Shown: piece after piece, positions 47,750 to 58,605 of the stretch | Layout of the letters: each line of letters starts with the position of its first letter | How positions within the stretch are numbered: position 1 is the stretch's first letter | Assembly (NCBI GenBank): GCA_034658935.1 | Contig: JAYEGE010000008.1 | Location: 3,400-67,399, forward strand | Source: Patescibacteria group bacterium | GTDB taxonomy: Bacteria > Patescibacteriota > Minisyncoccia > Phycocordibacterales > JACOZG01 | Reading direction: 5' to 3' | Length of the DNA stretch: 64,000 nt | The notes under the pieces: generated by a model | Told to the model about the DNA's origin: nothing | Seen by the model: the letters and a program-made list of their open reading frames with translations, nothing else | Databases searched by the model: none | Position numbers and translations under genes: made by a program

Positions 47750-49081
47750 TTATTTAAGTTTCTTCAAATATTCAGCCAACTTCTCTATTTTGACTACGTC
47801 CTGAGAGCGGCTCTGGAGATTACGGACGATTACCGTCCCGTCTACGGCCTCTTTTTGCCCCAAGATCATTACGTTGGGCACTCCCATCTTCTCGGCGATG
47901 GCCAATTGAGCGCCAAGGGAATCTTTAGAGATCGATTGGGCTAGAGGAACCCTGGCTTTGCGTAGAACCTCAATGATTGCCAGGCATTTTAACTTAGCCT
48001 CGAAGCTCAATTGGATGAAGAAGACTTTTGGTTTTTTTAGAATACGCGGGTCAAGTTTTTTGTTCTGTGCGGACATTAGTACTCGGTCTACGCCAATAGC
48101 TACTCCAACACCCGGCACATCCTTCTTGTGTCCTAGGGCGCGAGCTAGGTAATCGTAGCGCCCGCCACCAGCTACCGACAAAGGCGATGCTTGTTTTTTA
48201 TCAACTTCACCGTCTTGGTCTTTCTCGGCGTCGCCCGCCTCCTCCGCCTCACTGATTTCAAAAACAGTTCGAGAGTAATAATCTAAACCGCGTACCAGGT
48301 TATTATTGATCTCATAGACGATGTCCATCATCTCTAGATATTCCAATACTTCGCGGAAATGGCTTTTGCAAGCATTGCAGAGGAAGCTCACGGTAGACGG
48401 TGCCCCCCCCTTGGTCTCTTGACAACCCGGGCGCTTGCAGTCGAGTAGGCGTAGGGGATTAGTTTTTAGTCGCTCACGACAGTCGGCGCAAATTTTCTTA
48501 ACGTTCTTGCGGTAATAAGCAACTAGTTCGCGGCGGTAATTCTGTCGACATTCTTTGTCCCCGATGCTATTGATCTCTAGTTTTAGATTTTTTAGGCCCG
48601 CTTCCTCCAGTATTAACATTGTTACTCGGATAATTGTGGCGTCATTAATACTCTTGGGACTGCCAATAGTTTCTAGGCCGAATTGGTAGAATTGACGGTA
48701 ACGTCCTCGCTGTGGCCTATCGTGACGGAAATAAGGGCCGTAATAATAAAGATTTACTGGTTGAGGTTGCGATTGGAGGCCGTTCTCAAAATAAGCTCGC
48801 ATTATCCCGGCGGTTCCCTCGGGCCTCATGGCCAGTTGATCTCCGCCTTTTGTTTTTAATTTATAGATTTCTTTTTGAACAATATCGGTGTCGGTGCCAA
48901 CGCTAGAGCTGTAGATCAATTCTTTTTCCAGCATCGGTGTCTCGATCGGAGAGAAGCCGTAATACATTGCGATCTCAGCGGCTCGCTCAAAAAAACCTTG
49001 GTAGGAATAGTATTTTTCCCCCAAGAGATCGCGCATTCCTTTGGGCGCCTGAAGATTATCCGCAACTTCTTTTTTACTCAT
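47750..49081 (-). CDS. hisS: Histidine--tRNA ligase
   Basis: RPEGTA, GRYRQFYQ, LVRGLDYY and GGGRYD. Confidence 0.97.
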   Translation of the reverse strand: MSKKEVADNLQAPKGMRDLLGEKYYSYQGFFERAAEIAMYYGFSPIETPMLEKELIYSSSVGTDTDIVQKEIYKLKTKGGDQLAMRPEGTAGIMRAYFENGLQSQPQPVNLYYYGPYFRHDRPQRGRYRQFYQFGLETIGSPKSINDATIIRVTMLILEEAGLKNLKLEINSIGDKECRQNYRRELVAYYRKNVKKICADCRERLKTNPLRLLDCKRPGCQETKGGAPSTVSFLCNACKSHFREVLEYLEMMDIVYEINNNLVRGLDYYSRTVFEISEAEEAGDAEKDQDGEVDKKQASPLSVAGGGRYDYLARALGHKKDVPGVGVAIGVDRVLMSAQNKKLDPRILKKPKVFFIQLSFEAKLKCLAIIEVLRKARVPLAQSISKDSLGAQLAIAEKMGVPNVMILGQKEAVDGTVIVRNLQSRSQDVVKIEKLAEYLKKLK

Positions 49082-49103
49082 AGATATAAACTTAGGGGTT
49101 TTA

Positions 49104-49655
49104 TTAATAATTACCCGGGGCCCCGGGTAAGATTGCCAAACGGGCTGGTGGGAAGAGGCGGACTAGGGCCCGGCCAGTGATCATCTCTCCAGGCAGGGCC
49201 CCCCAATTGCGGGAGTCAAAACTAACATCACGATTATCTCCCATGACAAAATACTCGTTGTCCTTGAGGGAGAGCTCGGTGTCGATCAAGGGGTTCTCTG
49301 GGCTCTGAAGGTATGGTTCATCCACATTAATTATTTGTCCGTCGCGCAGAATGTTGATCTTATTATTAGTGATTACTATCTGTTCGCCAGGCAAACCGAT
49401 GATTCGTTTGATGAAGAACTTCTTTGGGTTTTTGGGGTAGCGGAAAATAATAACTTCTCCTCGTGTTGGTTTGCGAAAGAGGTAAGAGGCCTCATCAACG
49501 ATCAAATACTCCTTGTCCTCAAAAGTTGGGTACATTGAGGCCCCGCTGACGATGAAGGGTTGAGCAATATAAGTTCGGATGGGGATGACAATAATCAGAG
49601 TGAGGATGACCATCTTGATTACTTCCCAGGCGGTAGACTTAAAATTGCTAGACAT
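49104..49655 (-). CDS. lepB: Signal peptidase I (Ser-Lys type)
   Basis: SGASMYPT, FIKRIIGLPG and GDNRDVSFDSR. Confidence 0.93.
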   Translation of the reverse strand: MSSNFKSTAWEVIKMVILTLIIVIPIRTYIAQPFIVSGASMYPTFEDKEYLIVDEASYLFRKPTRGEVIIFRYPKNPKKFFIKRIIGLPGEQIVITNNKINILRDGQIINVDEPYLQSPENPLIDTELSLKDNEYFVMGDNRDVSFDSRNWGALPGEMITGRALVRLFPPARLAILPGAPGNY

Positions 49656-49692
49656 GAGACCCAGTTTATTACAAATAAATGGCTGAGGCAAA

Positions 49693-50532
49693 TTACAAAT
49701 TATTGTAAGTTTTCACTAAATTAGTAAAAAGTGAAGCGACAGTAAGTGGCCCGACTCCACCGGGGACAGGGGAGATCGCTCCAACGATGTCTTTGATGTT
49801 TTCGAAATCAGTATCGCCGATTAGCCCATCTTTTGTCCTGGTAATTCCAACATCGATGACCGTAGACTTTTTTTCAGTATTGAGATGTCCAGCTTTCAAC
49901 AATTTTGCCTGGCCGGTTGCTACAACGATCAAGTCGGCCGTCTTGGTGTGAGCAGATAAATCGGTGGTGCCTCGGTGGCAAACGGTGACGGTGGCGCCGA
50001 GATTGCCTAAAGCTAAGGCGGTGGGTCGGCCGACTAGGGCCGAGCGCCCAATGACTACCACGTCTTTGCCGTCGATCGGGATCTGATAATAATCAAGCAG
50101 GGTTAGGATGGCCTTAGTGGTGGCTGGCAGGAAACCACTTTGATCTCCGGCCTTAACCTTTTCGGTGTTCGTGGTGGTTAGGCCATCGACATCTTTCTGG
50201 GGCGAGATTTTCTCAATCAATTCATTGGCCTCTAGATTTTCGGGGATAGGTAATTGGAGGATAATGCCGTGAGTTTTTTGATCGGCATTCAGCTTTGTTA
50301 TTGTCTCGGTGATTTCATTTTGCCGCACGTCCTCGGGAAATTTGTAGAGATTAACTTCTGCTCCGATCTTTTCACCAAAAAGCTGCTTCTGCTTAATATA
50401 GACTCCTGAGGCCGGATTATCGCCGATCTGGAGGATGGCTAGCCCAGGCACGCTTTCAAACCCAGCTATTCGCTTAGCTAGCTCGCCGGCGATCTCGTCT
50501 CGGGCCTTATTTCCGTCCAATATTAGGGCCAT
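49693..50532 (-). CDS. folD: Methylenetetrahydrofolate dehydrogenase/cyclohydrolase
   Basis: KDVDG, GRSALVGRP and PVPGGVGPLT. Confidence 0.95.
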   Translation of the reverse strand: MALILDGNKARDEIAGELAKRIAGFESVPGLAILQIGDNPASGVYIKQKQLFGEKIGAEVNLYKFPEDVRQNEITETITKLNADQKTHGIILQLPIPENLEANELIEKISPQKDVDGLTTTNTEKVKAGDQSGFLPATTKAILTLLDYYQIPIDGKDVVVIGRSALVGRPTALALGNLGATVTVCHRGTTDLSAHTKTADLIVVATGQAKLLKAGHLNTEKKSTVIDVGITRTKDGLIGDTDFENIKDIVGAISPVPGGVGPLTVASLFTNLVKTYNNL

Positions 50533-50617
50533 ATAACCGCACTTTACCATTTTTTGAATCTTCTGTCTAATAATCTGTGGCGTCCGATCCAACCTTGTTA
50601 TATTATATACTGAAGGC

Positions 50618-51223
50618 ATGTCATATATCATAGTTGGTTTGGGGAACCCGGGGGAGGGGTATGAAGGGACTCGGCATAATGTCGGGCGGATGGTTTTGGA
50701 GAAGCTGAGGAAGGGGCAAGATTGGCCTGAGTGGAAACTCGATAAGAAGATAAGGTCATTGGTGAGCAAGGGGAAAATGGGAGTAGGGGAGAAGGCTCAG
50801 GCCGTAACTTTGGCGATGCCCGAGACGATGATGAATAATTCTGGCAAGGCGCTGGTGTCCTTAGTGGAGTCTAAGAAGCAAGCTGAGAAGCTGGTGGTAG
50901 TTTACGACGATCTCGATTTAGCTCTGGGTGCGATGAAGGTGAGTTGGAATAGGGGAGACGGCGGTCATCGTGGGTTGGCTAGTATCATTAGGTTGCTCAA
51001 GACGCGCGAGTTTGTGCGAGTGAGGATTGGCGTTTCGCCAACAACGCCGGGGGGCAAATTAAAGAAACCGCCTACTGAGACAAAAGTCTTGGATTTTATC
51101 CTTGGCGATTTCCGAGATAAGGAGAAAATAGTATTCAAAAAAGTCGCCAAATGTGCCGTTGAGGCTCTTACCACTATCGTCGCTGATGGCCGAGAGCGAG
51201 CGATGAATCAATTTAATAAATAA
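50618..51223 (+). CDS. pth: Peptidyl-tRNA hydrolase
   Basis: VGLGNPG, TRHNVG, MNNSG and GGHRG. Confidence 0.95.
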   Translation: MSYIIVGLGNPGEGYEGTRHNVGRMVLEKLRKGQDWPEWKLDKKIRSLVSKGKMGVGEKAQAVTLAMPETMMNNSGKALVSLVESKKQAEKLVVVYDDLDLALGAMKVSWNRGDGGHRGLASIIRLLKTREFVRVRIGVSPTTPGGKLKKPPTETKVLDFILGDFRDKEKIVFKKVAKCAVEALTTIVADGRERAMNQFNK

Positions 51224-51709
51224 AGACTTCAAATAAATAATCCCCGGTATGAGCTCAGCTCGTACCGGGGACGGTCTCAAAGAGACCAACTATTGACAGG
51301 ATCTCGCAAGTAATTTTTCCACAAATAAAAAGGGTCCGGGGCAAGCTGATGCTCGTCCCGGACCACACACAGTGTACCCGATGTCGGTTTTGTTGACGGA
51401 GAAAGTCGGGTTGTTTCTCCATCTCACCGCTGTTACTTGCCGACGCCATGACCACGGACCGTCCTCGTGGCGTCGACACCTAGCCTGCGTTACTACGCGC
51501 CCGCTCGGCGGGGGGAGCCAAGCGCGTTGTTCGGAGCTCCGTCCACATTCCTCGCAGATCGCTGGTGGCTTTCCTTCCTGGTGCATGATGGCGCCGTTCA
51601 ACCTATATTATTTGTCAAGCCTTTCTGTTGGTCGGCACTTGTTTTGAGGCCCAAAACAGCAAAATACGGCTCAATTGAGCCGTATTTCGGAGAATTTCTC
51701 GTGGTTTAT

Positions 51710-52924
51710 TTACTTGGTTTTAGGTTGCTCCATTTCCGTGGCAGCTCCTGGCGCGGAAATCTTCTTCTCGCCAAAAAGCATGGTCATTTTTTGGTTCTTG
51801 GGATCAAAAATGTTGATGGTCAGAGCATAGGTCTTGCCCAACTCCAATTTTTGACGCAATTCATCCTCACTAATGAATTCTGAGATATGAACTAAGCCAG
51901 CGACGCCCTCTTCAATACTCACTAAGGCGCCGTGCTTATTGTGTCGTATAACTACCCCCTTAACTGTATCGCCCTTTTTATACTTACCTTCGGCGTCTAA
52001 CCAAGGGTTACGTTTCAGAGCCTTAACCGAGAGAGAGACCTTGTCGTCTTTGACCTCAATGATCTTGGCCTTGATTTTGTCTCCAGGGTGGAACATCTCA
52101 CGGAGATTCTCAACCAGGGACCAATCGACTTCCGAGATATGAACTAGGCCTTCGAATCCTTCTTCGATCTTCACGAAGACGCCGAAGTCTACTACGCCAG
52201 TTACCTCACCCTCTACTACGTCACCGAGAGTATATTTGGAAACAATTTCCTTGCGACTCTTGGACCCGAGCTCCTTTTCAGAGAAAATCAGCTTGCCCTC
52301 CTTGGGGTCAGCACTGATCAAGTAGACGGTCAAACTCTGAGTGATCAATTTCCTGAGTTCTTCGGCGATCTTATCTTTATCGCCGTCTGCTACTTTGGGG
52401 TAATGTTCTGGCTTTAATTGTGAAGCGGGAATGAAGCCATCTAGTCCTTGCCACTCAACCATCAATCCGCCCCGATTGGCGTTCTTGATGGCCAAGTTAA
52501 AGGTGGCGTTGGTGTCTATCGCCTGCTTGGCCTCAGCCCAGACGATTGCCTGCTTGGCCTCCTGGAGTGAGAGCTCAATATAGCCTCCTTCGCCCTCGGG
52601 AGTGACCACTTTGGCGCTGATGGCGTCGCCGGTATTTATTTCTTTGATGATATTGCGGGCGTTCAAGTACTCACGGCCGAAAATAATGCCGGTGCCGAAT
52701 GGGGGGATATCTACATAAACCGCCATTTTCGACTTGCCGATAACTGTGCCCTCGACGAGTGTTTTCTCGAGGGGTTTATCTGGCGCACCTTTAAGCATCT
52801 CAGCCATTGCGCCCGTTGGCCCGTCCGAATGGACGGAAAGTTCCGTCCGGGCGGGCGCCGCAATTGCCACAGCCTCATCGGTTATAGCACTGTCTTTCTC
52901 TAATGTCTCATCTGTACTAGACAT
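51710..52924 (-). CDS. rpsA: 30S ribosomal protein S1 (four S1 domains)
   Basis: Repeated FGVFV...GLVHISE S1 motifs. Confidence 0.88.
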   Translation of the reverse strand: MSSTDETLEKDSAITDEAVAIAAPARTELSVHSDGPTGAMAEMLKGAPDKPLEKTLVEGTVIGKSKMAVYVDIPPFGTGIIFGREYLNARNIIKEINTGDAISAKVVTPEGEGGYIELSLQEAKQAIVWAEAKQAIDTNATFNLAIKNANRGGLMVEWQGLDGFIPASQLKPEHYPKVADGDKDKIAEELRKLITQSLTVYLISADPKEGKLIFSEKELGSKSRKEIVSKYTLGDVVEGEVTGVVDFGVFVKIEEGFEGLVHISEVDWSLVENLREMFHPGDKIKAKIIEVKDDKVSLSVKALKRNPWLDAEGKYKKGDTVKGVVIRHNKHGALVSIEEGVAGLVHISEFISEDELRQKLELGKTYALTINIFDPKNQKMTMLFGEKKISAPGAATEMEQPKTK

Positions 52925-53062
52925 GGCCGTATAGTATAAGGGTTTTTGGGGGATTAGCAAGTTGTCCACTCCACTCCCACCGCTTCTTGGGGTTCTGTTG
53001 TATACTAAATTTATTATATATGTGAAAATTAATAATGTATATTAACAATTCGATGTTTAAAT

Positions 53063-53674
53063 ATGTCTAAAGTCCATAAAGTTATAGGTATAATCGCTCT
53101 GATAGTGTTGGCGATTTGGGTCTGGAATGTTTATCGCGCGCCTGCGCCAGAGGGAGACAGCCAAGCTGCCCAGATTTCACTCATTGATGTTATTAGGAAG
53201 CAATTCACCGGCGCTAAGGAGGCGCCGGCCGAACCAATTGGCAGAGACATGATTGGTAGCTGTACTAAGGAGCAGGAGGCCGGTTTTAGAGAGTGGTGTC
53301 GAAATGTGCACGATACTTGGTATACAGACGTTTATTTACCTTGGTTCAATAATGTCCATCAGCCTTGGCTAGAGGCCAGGGAGACGGCCATTGCAGCCTA
53401 CCAAGCGGCTTATCAGGAATATCTTGATGCTTGGAACGCTTGGTATGCACGTAAACTTGCTTGTAATATTGCGACTGGGGTTGTTTCCACGGTGTCTCTT
53501 GGCGGCGGCGCAGTTATTGAGGTGGTGCGTTGCGCGACTGATCATGAGCCTCAACCACCGGGACCACCGGTTATTCCTCCTCAGCCAACTCCTCCACAAC
53601 GACCGATTGCCCCTCCGGATCTTCAGGGTTGCGCAGGAATAAATCCAGGCAGTGGCGGTCTGTGCGGATTTTAG
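53063..53674 (+). CDS. Hypothetical membrane-anchored protein with Trp/Tyr-rich helix, Cys residues and Pro-rich tail
   Basis: N-terminal TM helix; AT-rich promoter region upstream. Confidence 0.65.
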   Translation: MSKVHKVIGIIALIVLAIWVWNVYRAPAPEGDSQAAQISLIDVIRKQFTGAKEAPAEPIGRDMIGSCTKEQEAGFREWCRNVHDTWYTDVYLPWFNNVHQPWLEARETAIAAYQAAYQEYLDAWNAWYARKLACNIATGVVSTVSLGGGAVIEVVRCATDHEPQPPGPPVIPPQPTPPQRPIAPPDLQGCAGINPGSGGLCGF

Positions 53675-53772
53675 ATTTGTGCTGATGTAGGGTATTTCGG
53701 ATGTTTGACAAAACGCTCCGATGGCCATTGGGGGGTTTTGTTTTGGCTTCAGATTTGCTAAAATATAGGCAT

Positions 53773-54399
53773 ATGGTGATTAATCACTATGGCTTAGGGA
53801 TGATTAAAATCCAGCAAGGGGAGCTGGCAGTTGCTTTTAATCCGATTGATGAAGTGCCCAAGGGGCGCAACGATATCAAGGTGGTAAATTTTGGCGCTGA
53901 CATTGCCCTAGTGAGTCTCAACCAGCCTGGCTATAACGGAGCCGCTCGAGTGGCTCGTGGAGACCGCGCCCTTTTCTTAGTTAACAGTCCAGGCGAGTAT
54001 GAAGTTGGCGGCACTTTCATCCGGGGTTTGCCAACGGCCGGCCCAGAGGGTCAGAACAATACCATTTACCTATTAACGATTGACCAGATCCGCCTTGTTC
54101 ATTTGGGGGCCCTGGTTGACCCTAAATTACCAGATGACGTCACTGAGAAATTAGGCAGTGTAGATGTTCTCTTTGTGCCGGTCGGCAATGGTTCTCTTTT
54201 GAATCCCAAGCAGGCGGCTCAAGTTGTTGCCACCCTAGCTCCTGAGTTGGTGGTCCCGGTAGATTACGACGCCAAAACTCTTCCTATTTTCTTGAAAGAG
54301 ATGGGGGCCGAGAAAGAACAGCCAAATGAGAGTTTAACTCTCAAGCGTAAAGACTTGATCGGTGGATCTACCCGAGTAAATATAATTAAATCTTTTTAA
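53773..54399 (+). CDS. MBL-fold hydrolase-like protein with degenerate metal motif
   Basis: PGEYEVGG, HLG and DVLFVPVG; HxHxDH is absent. Confidence 0.75.
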   Translation: MVINHYGLGMIKIQQGELAVAFNPIDEVPKGRNDIKVVNFGADIALVSLNQPGYNGAARVARGDRALFLVNSPGEYEVGGTFIRGLPTAGPEGQNNTIYLLTIDQIRLVHLGALVDPKLPDDVTEKLGSVDVLFVPVGNGSLLNPKQAAQVVATLAPELVVPVDYDAKTLPIFLKEMGAEKEQPNESLTLKRKDLIGGSTRVNIIKSF

Positions 54400-54408
54400 T
54401 TTAATAAG

Positions 54409-54693
54409 ATGTCCGCCTTAAATTATCTTGATAATCTTCGAGCTCGACCAGAACGTGAACGGCGACATCTTGCCTGGCTCTTCGCCTCATTAATTACGGC
54501 GTTGATCGTGGGAGTTTGGTTGCTCAATCTTTATCTTACCGGGGCTTGGGGGCTCTCGGCCGGGCAATCTGGAAAAGCAGTAAACGGTACTTCTTGGCGG
54601 CAGACCCAGAGTGTTAGATGGCATAATATCCAGGCCGGCATTGTTGAGGGTTGGCGGGTGATTATTAAACGGGAAGCACCGCCAGCTGAATAA
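54409..54693 (+). CDS. Hypothetical single-TM protein
   Basis: [14 protein letters not shown] followed by a TM helix; in the gyrA operon. Confidence 0.7.
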   Translation: MSALNYLDNLRARPERERRHLAWLFASLITALIVGVWLLNLYLTGAWGLSAGQSGKAVNGTSWRQTQSVRWHNIQAGIVEGWRVIIKREAPPAE

Positions 54694-54697
54694 AAAT

Positions 54698-57178
54698 ATG
54701 GCTGAAGAAGAAAAAAAAGGAAAAATCGTTCCGGTGGACATCTCTCAGGAGATGCAAGAGTCCTATATCGATTACGCCATGAGCGTGATTGTTGATCGAG
54801 CCTTGCCCGACGCTCGTGATGGCTTGAAGCCGGTTTTAAGGAGGATCCTCTTCTCGATGCATGAACTCGGTCTGACTTCTAGTGCTAAGTTTCGTAAATC
54901 AGCCTTGGTAGTTGGTGATGTGCTAGGTAAATACCATCCTCACGGTGACCCGGCCTGTTATGGCGCCCTGGTTCGTATGGCCCAGGACTTTAGCATGCTC
55001 CACCCACTCGTCACGGGTCAGGGTAATTTTGGTTCCATCGACGGGGATCCACCGGCGGCTATGCGTTATACCGAGGTTAAGATGGCGCCATTGGCCACTC
55101 AATTATTGCGCGACATTGAGAAGGACACGGTAGATTTTGTCCCCAATTATGATAATACTCGCAAGGAGCCATCTGTTCTGCCTTCAGCCGTCCCCAATCT
55201 TCTTCTAAATGGAACTCTCGGTATTGCCGTGGGTATGGCCACTAAAATCCCGCCACATAATTTGCGGGAGATGATGTCGGCCTTGATTCACCTGATCGAG
55301 CATCAAGATGCCACTACTGAGGACCTAATGAAGTTTGTTAAAGGGCCCGATTTCCCTACTGGCGGTCTAATTTTCGATGAACAAAGCATTGAGCAAGCTT
55401 CTGCTACTGGCCGCGGTGGGGTACTTACTCGAGGTGAGATGGAGATCATTGAGCCGAAGAGCGGCTTCTTCCAGATCGTAATTTCATCGATGCCCTACCA
55501 GGTCAATAAGGCCGCCTTGATTGTTAAGTTGGCCGACTTGGTGCGAGAGAAGAAGATAGAAGGGGTCAAAGATATCCGCGATGAATCTACTACTCTAGAC
55601 GATATTAGGATTGTTATTGAGTTAAAGAGCGGCGCTTTTCCACAAAAGATCGTTAACGCTATTTATAAGGCGACAGAGATGGAGTCGATGTTTCATTACA
55701 ATATGTTGGCTTTGGTGGACGGAGTCCCCAAATTGCTCTCACTCCATACCCTATTAGAGGAATTTCTAGGCCATCGGCGAGAGATTATTACTCGTCGGTC
55801 TAAGTTTGATCTCAGCAAAGCAGAGGAACGTGAGCATATTCTGCTCGGTCTCAAGAAGGCGATCGATATTATAGATAAGGTTATCGCAACAATCAAAAAA
55901 TCAGTTGATGCGCCAGAGGCTCATCGTAATTTGGTTAAGAAATTTAGTTTTTCTGAGAAGCAGGCCACCGCTATTCTTGAGATGCGACTGCAGAAATTAG
56001 CTGGTCTAGAAATCAAGAAGATTTTGGAAGAGCTGAAGGAAAAGCAGGCTCTGATCAAGTATTTGAAAGAGCTCTTGGCTAGCCCCAAGAAGCTGGATGA
56101 AGTAATCAAGACTGAATTTGAAGAGATCCGCGACAAGTATGGCATTGACCGCAAGACTAAAGTTATTAGCCAAGGAGTTAAAGAAATCAAAACCGAAGAC
56201 TTAGTGCCTGAGAAAGAGAATGTATTAGTGGTCACTGCTGGGGGCTATATTAAGCGGACTGACCCAAGTGAGTATCGAGCCCAGCGGCGCGGTGGTAAGG
56301 GGGTAATCGATTTAGACACCAAAGAAGAAGATTTTGTCTCCATTTTCCTGTCTGCCAATACCCATAGCGATCTGCTTTTCTTTACTGATCTGGGCAAGGC
56401 TTACCAAATCAAGATGTACAATATCCCAGAAGGTAAGCGAGCGACGCGCGGTAAGTCAATCATGAACTTCTTGCCGCTGTCAGATACTGAGAAGGTTACT
56501 TCAGTTCTGCCGGTGCCTAAAGGCACCGAACCTGCCCGCCATGCTTCGCTCGGCGATTCGGGCGGGGGCAAGCCAGCCGCACTAATGATGGTGACGACCA
56601 AGGGCCTGGCCAAGAAGGTGGCCATTAGGAGCTTCGCTGATGTCAGGCGGACGGGGATTATTGCCATCAGATTAGGTAGGGGCGATTCCTTATTATCTGC
56701 TCTCCTCATAGAGAAGGGCGATGAGGTGATTGTCGCTTCTCGTGAGGGCCAGGCGATCCGCTTTAAGGCTGGTGATGTTAGGGAGATGGGGCGGACAGCG
56801 GCTGGTGTACGGGCGGTCAAGCTTAAGGGCAATGATGTTATGGTTGGCGCCAGTGTTATTAAAATGGCCGACAAGGGGGGTTCTTTCTTGGTCCTCACTT
56901 CTACTGGTTATGGGAAGAAGTCTAAATTATCTGAATATAAGGTACAGAAGCGCGGTGGCTCGGGTATTAAAACAGCTAAGCTTACTACTAAGACAGGACA
57001 CTTAATAGACGGTAAGGTTATTTACGAGAATGAGGAAGAGTTGATTGCAATCACTAAGCAGGGGCAGATCATCCGGATTAAACTCGATGAGATCCCAATA
57101 CTCGGACGTCAAACTCAGGGCGTCCGCATCATGCGCCCCAAGAGTGGGGATAGTTTAGCTTCCCTCACCTTCCTCTAA
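54698..57178 (+). CDS. gyrA: DNA gyrase subunit A
   Basis: YAMSVIV, YHPHGD, AAMRYTE and GyrA box QRRGGKG. Confidence 0.97.
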   Translation: MAEEEKKGKIVPVDISQEMQESYIDYAMSVIVDRALPDARDGLKPVLRRILFSMHELGLTSSAKFRKSALVVGDVLGKYHPHGDPACYGALVRMAQDFSMLHPLVTGQGNFGSIDGDPPAAMRYTEVKMAPLATQLLRDIEKDTVDFVPNYDNTRKEPSVLPSAVPNLLLNGTLGIAVGMATKIPPHNLREMMSALIHLIEHQDATTEDLMKFVKGPDFPTGGLIFDEQSIEQASATGRGGVLTRGEMEIIEPKSGFFQIVISSMPYQVNKAALIVKLADLVREKKIEGVKDIRDESTTLDDIRIVIELKSGAFPQKIVNAIYKATEMESMFHYNMLALVDGVPKLLSLHTLLEEFLGHRREIITRRSKFDLSKAEEREHILLGLKKAIDIIDKVIATIKKSVDAPEAHRNLVKKFSFSEKQATAILEMRLQKLAGLEIKKILEELKEKQALIKYLKELLASPKKLDEVIKTEFEEIRDKYGIDRKTKVISQGVKEIKTEDLVPEKENVLVVTAGGYIKRTDPSEYRAQRRGGKGVIDLDTKEEDFVSIFLSANTHSDLLFFTDLGKAYQIKMYNIPEGKRATRGKSIMNFLPLSDTEKVTSVLPVPKGTEPARHASLGDSGGGKPAALMMVTTKGLAKKVAIRSFADVRRTGIIAIRLGRGDSLLSALLIEKGDEVIVASREGQAIRFKAGDVREMGRTAAGVRAVKLKGNDVMVGASVIKMADKGGSFLVLTSTGYGKKSKLSEYKVQKRGGSGIKTAKLTTKTGHLIDGKVIYENEEELIAITKQGQIIRIKLDEIPILGRQTQGVRIMRPKSGDSLASLTFL

Positions 57179-57228
57179 ATAAGGGGAGATGGGCATGCGC
57201 TCTCATACCTGGCGTTATTTCGCACACC

Positions 57229-58021
57229 CACTGTCAAGGTCCGACCTTGACAGTGAAGTTATCCCCCTAAAACAGGGGGTATATCTTTGGCAAGGTCCGA
57301 CCTTGGGGTAGAATTGACCAATGACTAGGAGGTTTAAGTTTGCTCCTGGAGAGTATTACCATATTTATAATCGAGGCAATGATCGCCGCAGTATTTTCCT
57401 ATCTGGCAAAGACCGTGATCGCTTTCTCGCTCTGCTTTACGTTTGCAATAGTGGCGAGGTTCTCCATCTGAGTGATTACCCCCAAACCTCCCTGCTGAAA
57501 TTGCTGAGTCTGCCTAGGTCTTCAGTATTGGCAGATATCGGTGCCTATTGTTTGATGCCAAACCATTTCCACTTATTGGTACGGGAGAACGAGGAGGGTG
57601 GCATTAGCCGCTTGATGCAGAAATTACTGACTGCTTACACCATGTATTTTAATCGTAAGCATCAACACACCGGCTCTTTGTTTGAGGGTCGCTTTCGAGC
57701 CAGACACGTTAGCGACGATCGACATTTGCAGTATCTCTTCGCCTATATTCATCTCAATCCTGTTAAGGTTAGAGACCCTGACAATTGGGAGAAAAAAACT
57801 ATTCTCGATACGGATGAAGCGGTACGTTTTTTGAATACCTACCCGTACTCTAGTTTTCTCGATTATCTCGGTCGGAATAGGGGAGAGGGGGCAATCATAA
57901 ACCCGTCGGCTTTCCCAGAGTATTTTTCGGTGCCGTCTGATTTCTCCGATTTTGTACAGGATTGGATGAGTTTTGACGAAGAGGAGGATCTCACCACTGT
58001 CAAGGTCGGACCTTGACAGTG
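57229..58021. repeat. REP family C: CACTGTCAAGG-TCCGA-CCTTGACAGTG (57229-57255, core at 57291-57305, inverted at 57995-58021)
   Basis: Palindromic copies flank the transposase; an orphan copy lies at 39719-39739. Confidence 0.9.
57321..58016 (+). mobile_element. REP-associated tyrosine transposase, copy 3
   Basis: YHIYNRG, YCLMPNHFHLL, GSLFEGRF, YIHLNPVK and YPYSS. Confidence 0.9.
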
Positions 58022-58074
58022 AATAATCCCCAGAGGGCGGCTTTGTTTTAAGATAAAAGAGGTATAATTGAATT

Positions 58075-58605
58075 ATGTTTTCCGATCCTGCCCAGAATGT
58101 GGCGGCTTTTGGTTTGACCGAAGGAATGCGTGTAGTCGAGTTCGGTGCTGGTTCTGGTGCCTATACGTTAGCTATGGCCGAGCGAGTTGGTAGTACTGGC
58201 AAGGTCTACGCTATTGATGTGCAAAGCGAGTTGCTCTCCCGTCTCGATAATTTAGTCAAGGAAAAGAGGAGGAGTAATATCGAAATTGTTCGGGCTAATA
58301 TTGAGCGCCAGGGAGGTTCGGGCTTAGCAGATAATCTTGCTGACGTTGTTTTGTTGACCAATGTCCTCTTCCAATCTGATGCCAAATACAGCATGGTCTT
58401 GGAGGCCAAGCGAGTACTTAGGCCAGGTGGTCAGGCAATTATTATTGACTGGCAAGGCTCTTTCTCTCAGCTCGGGCCAACGCCAGAGCAGGTTATTAAA
58501 CCGGAAGAGGCCAAGCAGATTTTTGACCAGGCTGGCCTAAAGTTTGATCGCGATTTTTCTGCCGGCGATCATCATTATGGCATGATCTTCAATAAACAAT
58601 CATGA
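58075..58605 (+). CDS. Class I SAM-dependent methyltransferase
   Basis: VEFGAGSG and RVLRPGG. Confidence 0.9.
   Translation: MFSDPAQNVAAFGLTEGMRVVEFGAGSGAYTLAMAERVGSTGKVYAIDVQSELLSRLDNLVKEKRRSNIEIVRANIERQGGSGLADNLADVVLLTNVLFQSDAKYSMVLEAKRVLRPGGQAIIIDWQGSFSQLGPTPEQVIKPEEAKQIFDQAGLKFDRDFSAGDHHYGMIFNKQS

Noticed and set aside
51255-51647. Cys-containing ORFs between pth and rpsA
   Set aside because: Several overlapping short frames with no recognisable family; no frame could be chosen, possibly a relic
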